A stretch of DNA of 64,000 nt. Source: an uncultured Gammaproteobacteria bacterium. Lineage in GTDB: Bacteria; Patescibacteriota; Patescibacteriia; Magasanikbacterales; UBA922. How positions within the stretch are numbered: position 1 is the stretch's first letter; every line of letters begins with the position of its first letter. Shown here one piece after another: positions 36,187 through 46,454 of the stretch. A program made the translations under genes and the position numbers. The DNA is taken from positions 148,316 to 212,315 of the forward strand of contig CAYUTO010000002.1 of NCBI GenBank assembly GCA_964447765.1, given 5' to 3'. The notes under the pieces are model-generated. The model was not told where the DNA came from. It did no database searches and saw nothing but the letters and a program-made list of their open reading frames with translations.

Positions 36187-36226
36187 AGGCAACAGAATTG
36201 CCTTTTTTTGTTTGAAATGATAGGAT
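36187..36226 (+). terminator. intrinsic terminator overlapping the next sigma70 promoter
   Basis: AGGCAA-CAGAA-TTGCCTTTTTTT; TTGCCT 36198-36203, 17 bp, TG-A-TAGGAT 36218-36226. Confidence 0.6.
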
Positions 36227-36251
36227 GAGAGCATATTTTAGCCAAATTGTT

Positions 36252-36848
36252 ATGCCAAGAACGTCCTCAAAAAAGGTAAAGATGCGGAGCACTATTTCAG
36301 AGAAATTAGAACATTTTGGTATTACACCTCATGAGGTTATTGAGCTCTTTGAGAGTCTTGTGGAAAATACATGGAAAGATAAAGATAAGGAGCTCATACA
36401 TAGTGATAATTCTCTCGATAAAAGGTTATTCGAAGCAATTGCAAAACTTGGTATTTCAGTTGCACTCGAAGCTGTGCTATTGCGTACCAAAGGAGGGAAT
36501 ACTGAGGTCTTTATGACAAAGCGAGGGAAGTATGAAAGTTTTCCAGGGCAGTGGCATTGTCCAGGTAGTGTATTCCGTCCAGGCGAGTTTCCTCGTAATG
36601 TAGTCGACCGACTTGCAGACAAAGAATTCAAAGCAAAAATCACCCTTGAAAGTGATTGTGTGACTGATCTATTTATCAAAGAAATGCGCGGATGGTTTTT
36701 GTCACGAGTGTATCTGGTGAGTGTAGTAGGAAAGCCGACTTCAAAAGGAAAATGGTTTTCAGTTACCAAATTGCCAAAAAATACCGTTGCACATCATCAA
36801 AACTTTGTGATTCCAAAAGCAGTGAAGCAGTATAAAAAATTGAAATAA
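36252..36848 (+). CDS. AT-rich NUDIX-fold protein (paralogue of the preceding gene)
   Basis: GQWHCPGSVFRPGE...RLADKEF; ORF from 36225, likely start TATG 36252. Confidence 0.75.
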   Translation: MPRTSSKKVKMRSTISEKLEHFGITPHEVIELFESLVENTWKDKDKELIHSDNSLDKRLFEAIAKLGISVALEAVLLRTKGGNTEVFMTKRGKYESFPGQWHCPGSVFRPGEFPRNVVDRLADKEFKAKITLESDCVTDLFIKEMRGWFLSRVYLVSVVGKPTSKGKWFSVTKLPKNTVAHHQNFVIPKAVKQYKKLK

Positions 36849-36851
36849 GCT

Positions 36852-38162
36852 ATGGACGACAAATTGAAACAACTATTGATTGAAGATTATAATGCTCGAT
36901 TTGCGGTAAAACCATTTGTTCCTGGTGTTTCAGTAGTTCCTGTATCTGGAAAAGTATTTGATACTGAGGAAATTATCAATGCGACCGAAGCAGTACTTGA
37001 AGGCTGGTGGACTGATGGCAAATATACTGCTATGTTTGAACATCGCATGGCACAGTGGCTTGGTGTAAAGTATGGTTGTTTTGTGAATTCAGGTTCGTCT
37101 GCAAATCTTATCGCCGTGACCGCTCTTACCTCAATGAAATTGCAAGAAAAAAGACTGAAACCCGGAGACGAAGTAATTACGGTCGCAGCAGGATTCCCAA
37201 GTACGGTAAATCCGATTGTGCAGAATGGATTGGTTCCTGTATTTGTCGATGTTGATCTAGGAACTTATAATGCGAACATTGAAGCTATCAAGCAAGCAGT
37301 GTCTCCGAAGACCCGGGCAATTATGATTGCTCATACTCTGGGTAATCCATTTGATCTAGGAGCAATCAAAGAATTATGTGACAAGCATGATTTCTGGCTT
37401 ATTGAAGACAATTGTGATGCCTTGGGAGCGACATTTAATGGTAAAAAGACAGGTACATTTGGGCATATTGCAACTTGTAGTTTTTATCCAGCGCACCACA
37501 TTACTACCGCAGAAGGTGGAATGGTATTTACGAATAACTCGAGACTGTACAAGATTATTGAATCAATCAGAGATTGGGGGCGTGATTGTTGGTGCGAAAC
37601 AGGTAAAGATAATACCTGTCAAAAGCGTTTTTGTTGGCAATTGGGAGAATTGCCTTACGGGTATGATCATAAATATATTTATTCAGAAATGGGTTATAAC
37701 CTGAAAGCTACTGATATTCAGGCAGCACTTGGGCTTGCACAATTTGCAAAACTGGATTCTTTTATTGAAAAAAGAAGAGAGAACTTTAACATCTTGTACG
37801 AAGGATTAAAAAAATTCGAAGAATATTTTATATTGCCATCGTGGCAAAAGGAAGTTAATCCAAGTTGGTTTGGGTTTCTGATTACGCTCAAAGACACTGC
37901 TCCATTCACACGCGATGAACTTGTACAATACTTGCAAGATAAAAAAATTGGAACCAGATTTTTGTTTGCAGGCAATATTTTGAGGCAGCCTTATTTTGTT
38001 GATCGAGAAATTGAGTATCGTGTGGTAGGGGAGTTAAAAAATGCTGACACCATTGTAAAAAACACGTTCTGGATCGGTGTATATCCGGGGCTTACCCACG
38101 AAATGCTTGAATACATTATTACGATTTTTGAAGAGTTTGTGAGCAAACGCTCTACCTTATGA
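36852..38162 (+). CDS. rfbH: CDP-4-keto-6-deoxyglucose 3-dehydratase (DdhC/E1)
   Basis: NSGSSANL, EDNCDA, SFYPAHHIT (His in place of Lys), RDWGRDCWC...C...C Fe-S motif, YDHKY. Confidence 0.93.
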   Translation: MDDKLKQLLIEDYNARFAVKPFVPGVSVVPVSGKVFDTEEIINATEAVLEGWWTDGKYTAMFEHRMAQWLGVKYGCFVNSGSSANLIAVTALTSMKLQEKRLKPGDEVITVAAGFPSTVNPIVQNGLVPVFVDVDLGTYNANIEAIKQAVSPKTRAIMIAHTLGNPFDLGAIKELCDKHDFWLIEDNCDALGATFNGKKTGTFGHIATCSFYPAHHITTAEGGMVFTNNSRLYKIIESIRDWGRDCWCETGKDNTCQKRFCWQLGELPYGYDHKYIYSEMGYNLKATDIQAALGLAQFAKLDSFIEKRRENFNILYEGLKKFEEYFILPSWQKEVNPSWFGFLITLKDTAPFTRDELVQYLQDKKIGTRFLFAGNILRQPYFVDREIEYRVVGELKNADTIVKNTFWIGVYPGLTHEMLEYIITIFEEFVSKRSTL

Positions 38163-40426
38163 TCGCAACCATACTGTACATAGTAGCTTGGATGGTTCTC
38201 GGTGGGTTTTCAATCATCGCGTATTCATCAATTTTTGCAAAGAATTGTTTTTTTCAATCAAGCACATTGCTATGTCCGGCAACGCTGACGCTTGGACAAA
38301 AAATTCTCAGCTTCTCTATAGTGGTATTCATGATTATCGCTTTTCTTTTTTTTGGGCGAATCGTATGGAAATGGTTTAAAGAACAGATGGTTCCTTCAAA
38401 ATGGAAAAATAGTGTAGGGATTGCAGTTATAGCTGCTGCACTATTAGTAGTGCCATTTGGATCAAGTGACATGAGCTATTATTTTGCAGCTGGCAGGGCA
38501 CAAGATGAAGGGCTGAATATCTATACCGAAGTCTGGCAAATGGAAAAAGATTTCGTATATCCCGTGCCCCACGATACGATCATTGGATTTTCCTATGGAC
38601 CCATTATCGCGCATATATTCAGAGTTTTGTATCAGATGTCTGGAGGAGAGATTGTATGGTTCATGCTGTACTGGAAAGTATTCATGCTCGGCTGTATTTT
38701 TGCAGCCGTATTTTTAATAAAAAAATTGTTACAGGTACTTGGTGCATCGATAGATAAAAAGGTGCTATATGCAGTGCTCGTGTTACAGCCATTGCTCTTG
38801 TTCGAAGTCCTGGTTAATGGTCATTTTGATATAGCATGGTTACTTGCGGTGTTGGCAGCAATTATCTATGCGCATAACAAAAGGTGGTCGTTGGTTATCC
38901 CACTCCTGATTCTCGGTGTATGGATAAAATTTATCCCAGCCCTCATTGCACCTTTTTTTCTTCTATGGTGGTGGCAATCATTCACCAAAGAAAATTGGAG
39001 AGTACAGGTACGTGAAACGATAGGGGGTATACTTCTTGGTGGTTTAGTAAGTGTTGCTGCATGGTATTCTTATTGGGAGGGCTTCACAGTCTTTAAATCA
39101 GTCCTCATACAATCAAAGTGGGCAGTGATGAGTCTCTTTGCTTCATTATACTTTTCGTTAAAGCCCTTATTTGCTAGTTTGTTTCAAGATGGGGCACATC
39201 AAGTACTTACTCTCCTGGTGCATGGAGTAGTCTTTGCACTATTCGTCTATTTCCTGTGGCCATATGTGACGAAAGTGATAGGAATCGTACGTAAGAAAAT
39301 AATCTGGAGTACGAGTGAATATATCACCGCGATGTTTGTATTTTTGCTGGTGTACTTGCTCGTGTGGCAAAAGTCATTTTTGCCGTGGTATGGTCTATGG
39401 TTTCTGCCGTTTGGTTTGATATTGTATAGCATTCATAAGAATGTTTTTGTTCTCCGAATCACTCACTGGCTCACGATTACTCCGTTTGTGTACTATGTGT
39501 TATGGCTCATTGATTGGTATCTCACAAGAACTGACGCAGGGAATGAAGTATGGTTTTATTGGTCAATAGTCGTTATTGTTTTTCTATATCCGCTTCATAC
39601 ACTACTCGTGTGGAGAAAAAATTCATTTGAAATTAAAGAGTCTAGCACAGAACATCAGTCCGTTAAGGGTGACAGTCTAATCAGTTTTGTATTTCGCCAA
39701 ATATATAAAATAGTTTTTGCGTATCCATTCAGCGCAATCGTTACAGGTATTTTTCTTTTCAAGAAATTACCAAAAGATGAAAAAAAGACATGTACACATT
39801 GTTTTATTATAACCTCAGTGATTTATCCAAAAAATATTGCATTAAGTTACGCATCCACTCGTTCAGTGTATTCTCCAGAGCAAAGATATGAGCAGACTCT
39901 TGCAACCATTGATTCAATACGGGGGAGTGTACCTGCGGCACATATCGTATGTGTCGAAGCTGGACTTCGATCTGAGCCATTTGATTTGAAGCATAAAGTG
40001 GATACCTATATATATGCTGGCGATAGTAGGCTCGTGCGGAATGCGTGTGACAGTAGCCTCAAAAGTCTGGGAGAAGTTACGATGCTGGTGCATGCATATA
40101 AGAAGCTCCCTCAAGCACAGAGATATTTCAAAATTAGTGGAAGATATTGCTTGAACAATGACTTTAGTCTGCATGAATGGGAGAAAGGTGAGATAGTATA
40201 TCACTACATTCGACCTGATTTTATCTCGACCAGACTGTATAGTTTTACTTTTGCCACGAAGCATGAATGGTACAAGGCATTGATTGTGGGAATTCCATAT
40301 CTATTTCTTGATTATCCGATCGAGCATACGCTAGCACGCTTTACCAAGAAAGAGCCTATTTCAAAAATTGAAACAGTGGGTATCATGGGCGCTGATGCTA
40401 CTAATGGAAAAGAAGTAAAAGAGTAA
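38159..40426 (+). CDS. GT-C type membrane glycosyltransferase fused to a soluble C-terminal domain
   Basis: SSDMSYY, YGP, NGHFD, WIKF, PWY polytopic region; C-terminal TSVIYP...KSLGE...FKISGRY. Confidence 0.65.
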   Translation: MIATILYIVAWMVLGGFSIIAYSSIFAKNCFFQSSTLLCPATLTLGQKILSFSIVVFMIIAFLFFGRIVWKWFKEQMVPSKWKNSVGIAVIAAALLVVPFGSSDMSYYFAAGRAQDEGLNIYTEVWQMEKDFVYPVPHDTIIGFSYGPIIAHIFRVLYQMSGGEIVWFMLYWKVFMLGCIFAAVFLIKKLLQVLGASIDKKVLYAVLVLQPLLLFEVLVNGHFDIAWLLAVLAAIIYAHNKRWSLVIPLLILGVWIKFIPALIAPFFLLWWWQSFTKENWRVQVRETIGGILLGGLVSVAAWYSYWEGFTVFKSVLIQSKWAVMSLFASLYFSLKPLFASLFQDGAHQVLTLLVHGVVFALFVYFLWPYVTKVIGIVRKKIIWSTSEYITAMFVFLLVYLLVWQKSFLPWYGLWFLPFGLILYSIHKNVFVLRITHWLTITPFVYYVLWLIDWYLTRTDAGNEVWFYWSIVVIVFLYPLHTLLVWRKNSFEIKESSTEHQSVKGDSLISFVFRQIYKIVFAYPFSAIVTGIFLFKKLPKDEKKTCTHCFIITSVIYPKNIALSYASTRSVYSPEQRYEQTLATIDSIRGSVPAAHIVCVEAGLRSEPFDLKHKVDTYIYAGDSRLVRNACDSSLKSLGEVTMLVHAYKKLPQAQRYFKISGRYCLNNDFSLHEWEKGEIVYHYIRPDFISTRLYSFTFATKHEWYKALIVGIPYLFLDYPIEHTLARFTKKEPISKIETVGIMGADATNGKEVKE

Positions 40427-40427
40427 T

Positions 40428-41729
40428 ATGAAAATAATTACATTCATCAAGGAACTCAAGGATAAAAAATTTGTACGTGATACGACGTATTTATATGTGA
40501 GTGCTGTTCTGAATGGTTTGTCATTATTTTTGGTGAGTGTATTGCTTGGTCGTAATTTCGAAAAAGAATGGTTTGCCATTTTTTCTCTTTCAATTCTTGC
40601 GCTGAGTACTGTCGCAGAAATGTCTGATCTGGGGCTCAATGGGGGACTGCTTCGATTCGCTCCATTCTATATCGCTCATCAAGAGTTTGATAAATTAAAA
40701 CAATTAGTGAAGACAATTGCAAAGTGGAGAGTAATTATGGCAACCGTTGTTACTGTAGCAGGCATACTGTTGTCATATCCGATAGCTCATTTTATCTTGA
40801 AGCAAGAAGAGATGGTTGGGTATCTTGCGTTCTCATTTATGGGGATTGGTGGCATCATATTTTTAGGATTTATTTCAACCTATCTCCAGGCAGCACAAAG
40901 ATTTTTCTATCATGCAGGATTACAGACACTCAAAGGTGTGGTGCGGCTTGGTCTTATCTCATTACTGATAATGCTCGGTGTTACTAATATCTACTACTAT
41001 CTCGGAGTATATATCTGTGTGCCATGGGTATTATGTATCATCAATTTTCATGTATTGCCACGTGGATTTGCACAGGTAAAAATTGATGATGAGGTCCGAA
41101 AAAAAATGCATTCGCAATTGGCAAAGTTTAGTGCATGGCTTACGATCTGGTCACTATTTTCAATTATTGCGAGCCGAATTGATCAGGTGATTATTAGTCG
41201 CTATCTTGGTCTCGAAGAGGTTGCAATCTATGCGGTTGCGTACCAACTGATACAATTCTATCCTTATATTGCACAATCTATAACCGCAGTCCTCGCCCCA
41301 AAAATAAATGGACTACATTCTGTAGAAGAAATACAAGCTTTTTTAAAACGTTCGTTGAAATGGATTGTGTTGGTAATACTGAGTGTAGGTATTGTGGTAT
41401 ATCCTTCACAATATTTGATTACCTTATTATTCGGCAATGACTACGTGCGGGCATTACCCGTGTATCTAATATTGGCGTATAGTCTGGTATTGAATTTACT
41501 GAGTGTGCCATTTTCGCTTGTGATTACTGTGTACAATCGAACCTATTTGATGGCTTTTTCAGGGGTCGTGCAGTTGGTCATTAATATTATTGGCACCATT
41601 CTCCTTATTCCCCGTTTTGGTATTATGGGTGCAGGCTACACTTTTTTCCTTGGTATTGTGGTATCTGTGGTATATAATATGGTGTGCTCATATTATCTAC
41701 TTAAGTATAAAAAAATTATTGTTCAATAA
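40428..41729 (+). CDS. wzx: Wzx-type oligosaccharide flippase
   Basis: about 12 TM helices; DLGL, RIDQ, LIPRFGIMGA. Confidence 0.85.
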   Translation: MKIITFIKELKDKKFVRDTTYLYVSAVLNGLSLFLVSVLLGRNFEKEWFAIFSLSILALSTVAEMSDLGLNGGLLRFAPFYIAHQEFDKLKQLVKTIAKWRVIMATVVTVAGILLSYPIAHFILKQEEMVGYLAFSFMGIGGIIFLGFISTYLQAAQRFFYHAGLQTLKGVVRLGLISLLIMLGVTNIYYYLGVYICVPWVLCIINFHVLPRGFAQVKIDDEVRKKMHSQLAKFSAWLTIWSLFSIIASRIDQVIISRYLGLEEVAIYAVAYQLIQFYPYIAQSITAVLAPKINGLHSVEEIQAFLKRSLKWIVLVILSVGIVVYPSQYLITLLFGNDYVRALPVYLILAYSLVLNLLSVPFSLVITVYNRTYLMAFSGVVQLVINIIGTILLIPRFGIMGAGYTFFLGIVVSVVYNMVCSYYLLKYKKIIVQ

Positions 41730-41730
41730 T

Positions 41731-42516
41731 ATGGGCCTTACGGTACACTGCATGGTAAAAAATGAAGAAAAGTATATCGGGTATGCACTGAGATCGGTGG
41801 TTGATTTTGCGGATACGATACTGGTATTTGATACAGGATCGACCGACAGCACTGTCTCGATTATTACAGAACTTCAGAAGATTTATTCCAATATTTATTT
41901 TGAACAAAAAGGGGAAGTGGATCAAAAAAGACATACTGAATTGCGACAGGAAATGATTGAGAAGACTACTACTGATTGGTTTATGATTCTTGATGGTGAT
42001 GAAATTTGGACGAAGAGGGCTATGGACGAAGCATCTACAGCAATGAAATCAGAAAGCTTTCAGTGTCTCATTGCACCGTTCTATCTGTGTGTCGGTGACC
42101 TCTATCACTCGTCAAAAAAAGGTATGTATACCTTGAATGGTGTTGTGGCTCATGCGACGCCACGGTTTTTCAAAAATATGCCTGGCCTCTCATGGAAGGG
42201 GAAGTATAATGAAGACGCAGTATATACTAAAGAAGAAAAAAAAGTATTTGAAGAATCAGGTACACGTGTGCTTAAAGAAAAATTTTGGCATGTAACACAC
42301 TTGAAGCGTTCGGAAAGAGATGATGATGAGTATAGTTCAGGTTCAAATAGAAAGCTCAAAAGACGCTTAACTTATACGTATATTGGTGTAGAAATACCCG
42401 AGAGTATACCAGAAGTTTTTCTGCTTCAGCCTAGTGAGGTGACCAAAAAAATGAGCCACATGCAATCAGTGAAAAATTTTATTCAATTACTGTATTTTAA
42501 ATTGAGACATTCGTAA
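41731..42516 (+). CDS. GT2 family glycosyltransferase
   Basis: VKNEE, DTGSTD, LDGDE; start ATG 41731. Confidence 0.88.
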   Translation: MGLTVHCMVKNEEKYIGYALRSVVDFADTILVFDTGSTDSTVSIITELQKIYSNIYFEQKGEVDQKRHTELRQEMIEKTTTDWFMILDGDEIWTKRAMDEASTAMKSESFQCLIAPFYLCVGDLYHSSKKGMYTLNGVVAHATPRFFKNMPGLSWKGKYNEDAVYTKEEKKVFEESGTRVLKEKFWHVTHLKRSERDDDEYSSGSNRKLKRRLTYTYIGVEIPESIPEVFLLQPSEVTKKMSHMQSVKNFIQLLYFKLRHS

Positions 42517-42517
42517 T

Positions 42518-43183
42518 ATGAAAAGAAATTATAGATTTGACCCAAATCCAGTCAATACACACATGCTTTTGTTAAATGAAATAGCTCCGAATACTCGAGT
42601 TCTTGAGGTGGGTACTGCGAGCGGTTACCTCGGTGAATATCTGATACACGAGAAGAAATGTGAAGTGTGGGGGATAGAGCCAGTGCGAGAATTATATGTG
42701 GACGCAGAAAGTGTTGGATATACCAAACTTGTCAATAAAACAGTTGAAGAATGTATTCAAGATAATGACCTGAAGGATCAAAAATTTGACTATATACTAT
42801 TGGGAGATGTACTTGAGCATATGACCAATCCTCATGCGGTAATGAAAAGTCTGCGTGAGTACTTGAAACCAGAAGGTAAATGCGTTATTTCACTTCCAAA
42901 TGTTGCTCATTATTCGATACGTTGGGCATTACTTCGTGGGAAATGGGACATGACTGATTCAGGTATTATGGATCGGACTCATTTTGTATTTTTTACCAGG
43001 AAGACAATTCGTGAAATGATCGAGCAAAGCGGATATAAAATCGTACTCGATCGTCCTTCAGGGGGGTATATGGAAAGATGGGGGCAGCGTCGAGTGTTTG
43101 GTATTGGTAGAAAAATATTATTTACTTTTCCTAATTTATTTTCTCAACAATTTATTGTTGTTGCTGGAATAGATAAAAAGTAA
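42518..43183 (+). CDS. class I SAM-dependent methyltransferase
   Basis: VLEVGTASG, DVLEH, SLPNVAH, GIMDRTH. Confidence 0.88.
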   Translation: MKRNYRFDPNPVNTHMLLLNEIAPNTRVLEVGTASGYLGEYLIHEKKCEVWGIEPVRELYVDAESVGYTKLVNKTVEECIQDNDLKDQKFDYILLGDVLEHMTNPHAVMKSLREYLKPEGKCVISLPNVAHYSIRWALLRGKWDMTDSGIMDRTHFVFFTRKTIREMIEQSGYKIVLDRPSGGYMERWGQRRVFGIGRKILFTFPNLFSQQFIVVAGIDKK

Positions 43184-43245
43184 CATTCAAATTTATAGTG
43201 AACCTATATAGTTGAGGTTTTGAGAGGCTTTATAACTTGTCTAGT

Positions 43246-45126
43246 ATGTGTGGAATTGTTGGGATAGTGTATAAAACAAAGCAGATTGATAAAATGCTAT
43301 TTTTGAGCATGCTCGAGGCGGTAAAGCATCGAGGTCCAGAAAATCAGGGTTTTTGGTTTTCTTCAGATCATAAAGTTGCTTTAGGTCATCAGAGACTGGC
43401 AATTATTGATGTTTCATCGGCTGGAAATCAGCCAATGCAGACAAAAGATGGGCGCTATAGTGTGACGTTTAATGGTGAAATTTATAATTATCTAGAATTG
43501 AAAAGTGAGCTTGAAAAGCAAGGGGTAGTTTTTCATACCATGACTGATACTGAGGTGTTATTGCAAGCGTACGTGGTGTGGGGTAAGAAATGTGTAGAGA
43601 AATTGAATGGAATGTTTTCATTTGGAATTTGGGATGAATTTGAAAAAGTATTATTTATAGCAAGGGACCATATAGGAGAAAAACCATTGAAATATTATCA
43701 TGAAGGGGATACGTTTATTTTTGCATCAGAAGTTAAGGCGATTCTCAAGGAACCTTCGGTTGCGCGAGAAATTGATTGGGATGCGATTGATGTAGCTCTT
43801 AGTTTCAGGTATGTTCCAGCTCCACATACAGGTTTTAGGGGAGTTAAAAAATTACCTGCTGGACACTACCTAGTATGGAAACAAGGGAAAATTGAAGTCG
43901 AACAATATTGGTTTCCAGAACAAGTAACAATAAATAACAAAAAAACTGAAGATGAGTGGAAGGTTGAATTATGGGATTTGTTTGTTGATTCGGTGCGAAA
44001 GAGATTGATGAGTGATGTTCCTCTGGGAGCTCTTTTGAGCGGAGGACTTGACTCAACATCAGTTGTTGCTGCTGTTCGTGAGATAACTGATAAAAAAATA
44101 GACACGTTTGTCATTAGTATCGGTGGTGTGAGCAAAGATGAGGAGTATGCACAGAAAGCTGCTGACTATTTTCAGACTAATCATCATCGCCTGAGTCTGT
44201 CTGATATTGATTTTACTTCACAAATTTCTCGTTTGGCTAGTCAATATGATGAACCATTTTTTGATCAGGCCGCCCTTCCTACGTTGATCATTAGCGAGGT
44301 GATGAAAAAAAAAGTTACCGTAGTGTTGAGTGGTGATGGAGGGGATGAATTATTTGGTGGATACGACGCATATACAAAAGTTCCTCTGTTCAGGCTGTTG
44401 AGTAGTATTCCAGGTCCTATCCGTTATGGTGCTGCACGATTGGCACGCATGAAGAATAATCTTGCGTATAAGGCTGAAATTGCTGCTCAGTCTTTTGAAA
44501 AAATGTACACGGAATACTACAGCATGTGGAAGACCTCTTTACCCGTGAGTCATCGGTATATAACCAAAACAGATTTGTATCTTCCTGAATTGAAAAAAAA
44601 TATTTTAGATGAAAACGCTTTAGAATATATGAAAAAATGGTTCAAAAGCGCTAGCTCGGATTTGGTGAATAATGCTATGTTAGCAGATATTAAAGGGCGT
44701 CTGGCAGATGGGTATCTTGCAAAGGTTGATTTTAGTTCTATGGCACATGCGATTGAAATTAGAGCGCCATTTCTTGATCCCCGACTGGTGCAGTCGTCTT
44801 TATCTATGCCAAGTAAATTGAAAATTAAGAATGGTCAAGGAAAATATATATGGAAAGAAATAGTAAAAGGAAAAATTCCAGAAAGTATTATGTTGCGACC
44901 AAAGGCTGGATTTGGGATACCTCTCCACGCGTTAATGATAAAAGAAATGAAAGGTCTTATTGAAGACGTGCTGCTGAGTAATACGTCTGAAGTACAGAAA
45001 TATTTTTCTAGAACAGTGATGATTCAGATGTGGAATCAGCATATTGCTGGAGCTGCTGATTATAGTAATCATCTATGGTCATTACTTATGCTTGAACTAT
45101 GGCTGAAGAAATATTACACAAAATAA
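43246..45126 (+). CDS. asnB: asparagine synthase (glutamine-hydrolysing) family amidotransferase
   Basis: MCGI, HRGP, FNGEIYN, LSGGLDS, SGDGGDE. Confidence 0.92.
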   Translation: MCGIVGIVYKTKQIDKMLFLSMLEAVKHRGPENQGFWFSSDHKVALGHQRLAIIDVSSAGNQPMQTKDGRYSVTFNGEIYNYLELKSELEKQGVVFHTMTDTEVLLQAYVVWGKKCVEKLNGMFSFGIWDEFEKVLFIARDHIGEKPLKYYHEGDTFIFASEVKAILKEPSVAREIDWDAIDVALSFRYVPAPHTGFRGVKKLPAGHYLVWKQGKIEVEQYWFPEQVTINNKKTEDEWKVELWDLFVDSVRKRLMSDVPLGALLSGGLDSTSVVAAVREITDKKIDTFVISIGGVSKDEEYAQKAADYFQTNHHRLSLSDIDFTSQISRLASQYDEPFFDQAALPTLIISEVMKKKVTVVLSGDGGDELFGGYDAYTKVPLFRLLSSIPGPIRYGAARLARMKNNLAYKAEIAAQSFEKMYTEYYSMWKTSLPVSHRYITKTDLYLPELKKNILDENALEYMKKWFKSASSDLVNNAMLADIKGRLADGYLAKVDFSSMAHAIEIRAPFLDPRLVQSSLSMPSKLKIKNGQGKYIWKEIVKGKIPESIMLRPKAGFGIPLHALMIKEMKGLIEDVLLSNTSEVQKYFSRTVMIQMWNQHIAGAADYSNHLWSLLMLELWLKKYYTK

Positions 45127-46454
45127 ACGTGCTTGAGGTCTGTTCAGACTTACGGTATGGTGGTGGGCAACGTAATATGGTTACGTTTGCAAAATATCTG
45201 CGTAAAGATATTTTTTCAGTATCAATTTGTGCTTATGCTGAGGGGGGACCACTCGAATTATTAATTCAATCTCATAATATTCCATTTTTAGTTGCACATA
45301 ATGAAGTGGTAAAAGTATTGGATTTTATTCGAGATAGAAAAATAGATATTATACATATTCACCGATCAGGCGGATATGTGTCGATTGAGACCGAGATTAT
45401 AAAGGGTGCTAAAAAAATGAATCCTAATATAATTATTATAGAAAAAAATGTATTTGGAAAGTATGATCCAAGTACTAAAGGGTTCATTGATTGCTCGCTG
45501 TTTCAAAGTATGATGCATGTGAATGAACGATATCTACCTAGTTCAAAGGAGGTTTTTGATTTTTCGAGACATAAAGTTTTCTATAATTTGGTCGACTACA
45601 AAGAGTTTACTAAGTACCGTGCAAATCCTGAAGAAATTATTGCGTATAAAAGAAAATTAGGAATTAAGCATGGGGATTTTGTAGTGGGAAAGATTGGTCG
45701 CCATGCACTTGAAAAGTGGAGTGATTTGATTATCGACATGGCACCTCATTTGGTAAAAAAGATTCCAGCTGTAAAGATAGTGATCATTGGATGTCCACCT
45801 TCACGAATAAAAAAAATTAAGCATAGTCGCTATAGAGATTTTTTTATTTTTTTGTCGGAGACTAGTACACAAAAGGAAGTCCATATGTTTTATCAAAGTA
45901 TCGATGTTTTGGCGCACTGTTCAAAAATTGGTGAATGTAACGGTAATACTATTAATGAGGCGATGTATTGGAATAAGCCTGTTGTAGTGAACTCTACACC
46001 GCGTAAAGATAATGGGCAACTGGAACAAGTGATTCATTTGCTCAATGGTATTATAGCGAATAATCCAATAACTTTTGCGCGAGCATTAATATACTTAGCA
46101 AAAAATCAAGCTGAACGAAAAAAAATGGGGAGCATGGGTTTTGAACAAGTAAGTATTGTGAACAATCCAGAGTATCTCACAAAACAACTTGAAAAAGTTT
46201 TTATAGAAAAATTAGGTAGAAAAAAAGATTTAATCGTTTTGTCATTAGTTCGGGAGTATGATAAGGTTGATTATTATATAAATGGTCCTGCAATAATCCA
46301 GTATAAACAAAAATATAACACACGTCTATATTGGGAATTTGGGGATCTTAGTTTTGGTGAAAGGTTGTACCTGTATTCGACTGTATTTAAGCGTTACTAC
46401 TTGAAATTAAAAGATTTTATTCAACATAAATGGCAGACTTATGATAAGAGATGA
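45099..46454 (+). CDS. GT4-like glycosyltransferase
   Basis: GGGQR, GECNGNTINEAM. Confidence 0.75.
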   Translation: MAEEILHKINVLEVCSDLRYGGGQRNMVTFAKYLRKDIFSVSICAYAEGGPLELLIQSHNIPFLVAHNEVVKVLDFIRDRKIDIIHIHRSGGYVSIETEIIKGAKKMNPNIIIIEKNVFGKYDPSTKGFIDCSLFQSMMHVNERYLPSSKEVFDFSRHKVFYNLVDYKEFTKYRANPEEIIAYKRKLGIKHGDFVVGKIGRHALEKWSDLIIDMAPHLVKKIPAVKIVIIGCPPSRIKKIKHSRYRDFFIFLSETSTQKEVHMFYQSIDVLAHCSKIGECNGNTINEAMYWNKPVVVNSTPRKDNGQLEQVIHLLNGIIANNPITFARALIYLAKNQAERKKMGSMGFEQVSIVNNPEYLTKQLEKVFIEKLGRKKDLIVLSLVREYDKVDYYINGPAIIQYKQKYNTRLYWEFGDLSFGERLYLYSTVFKRYYLKLKDFIQHKWQTYDKR

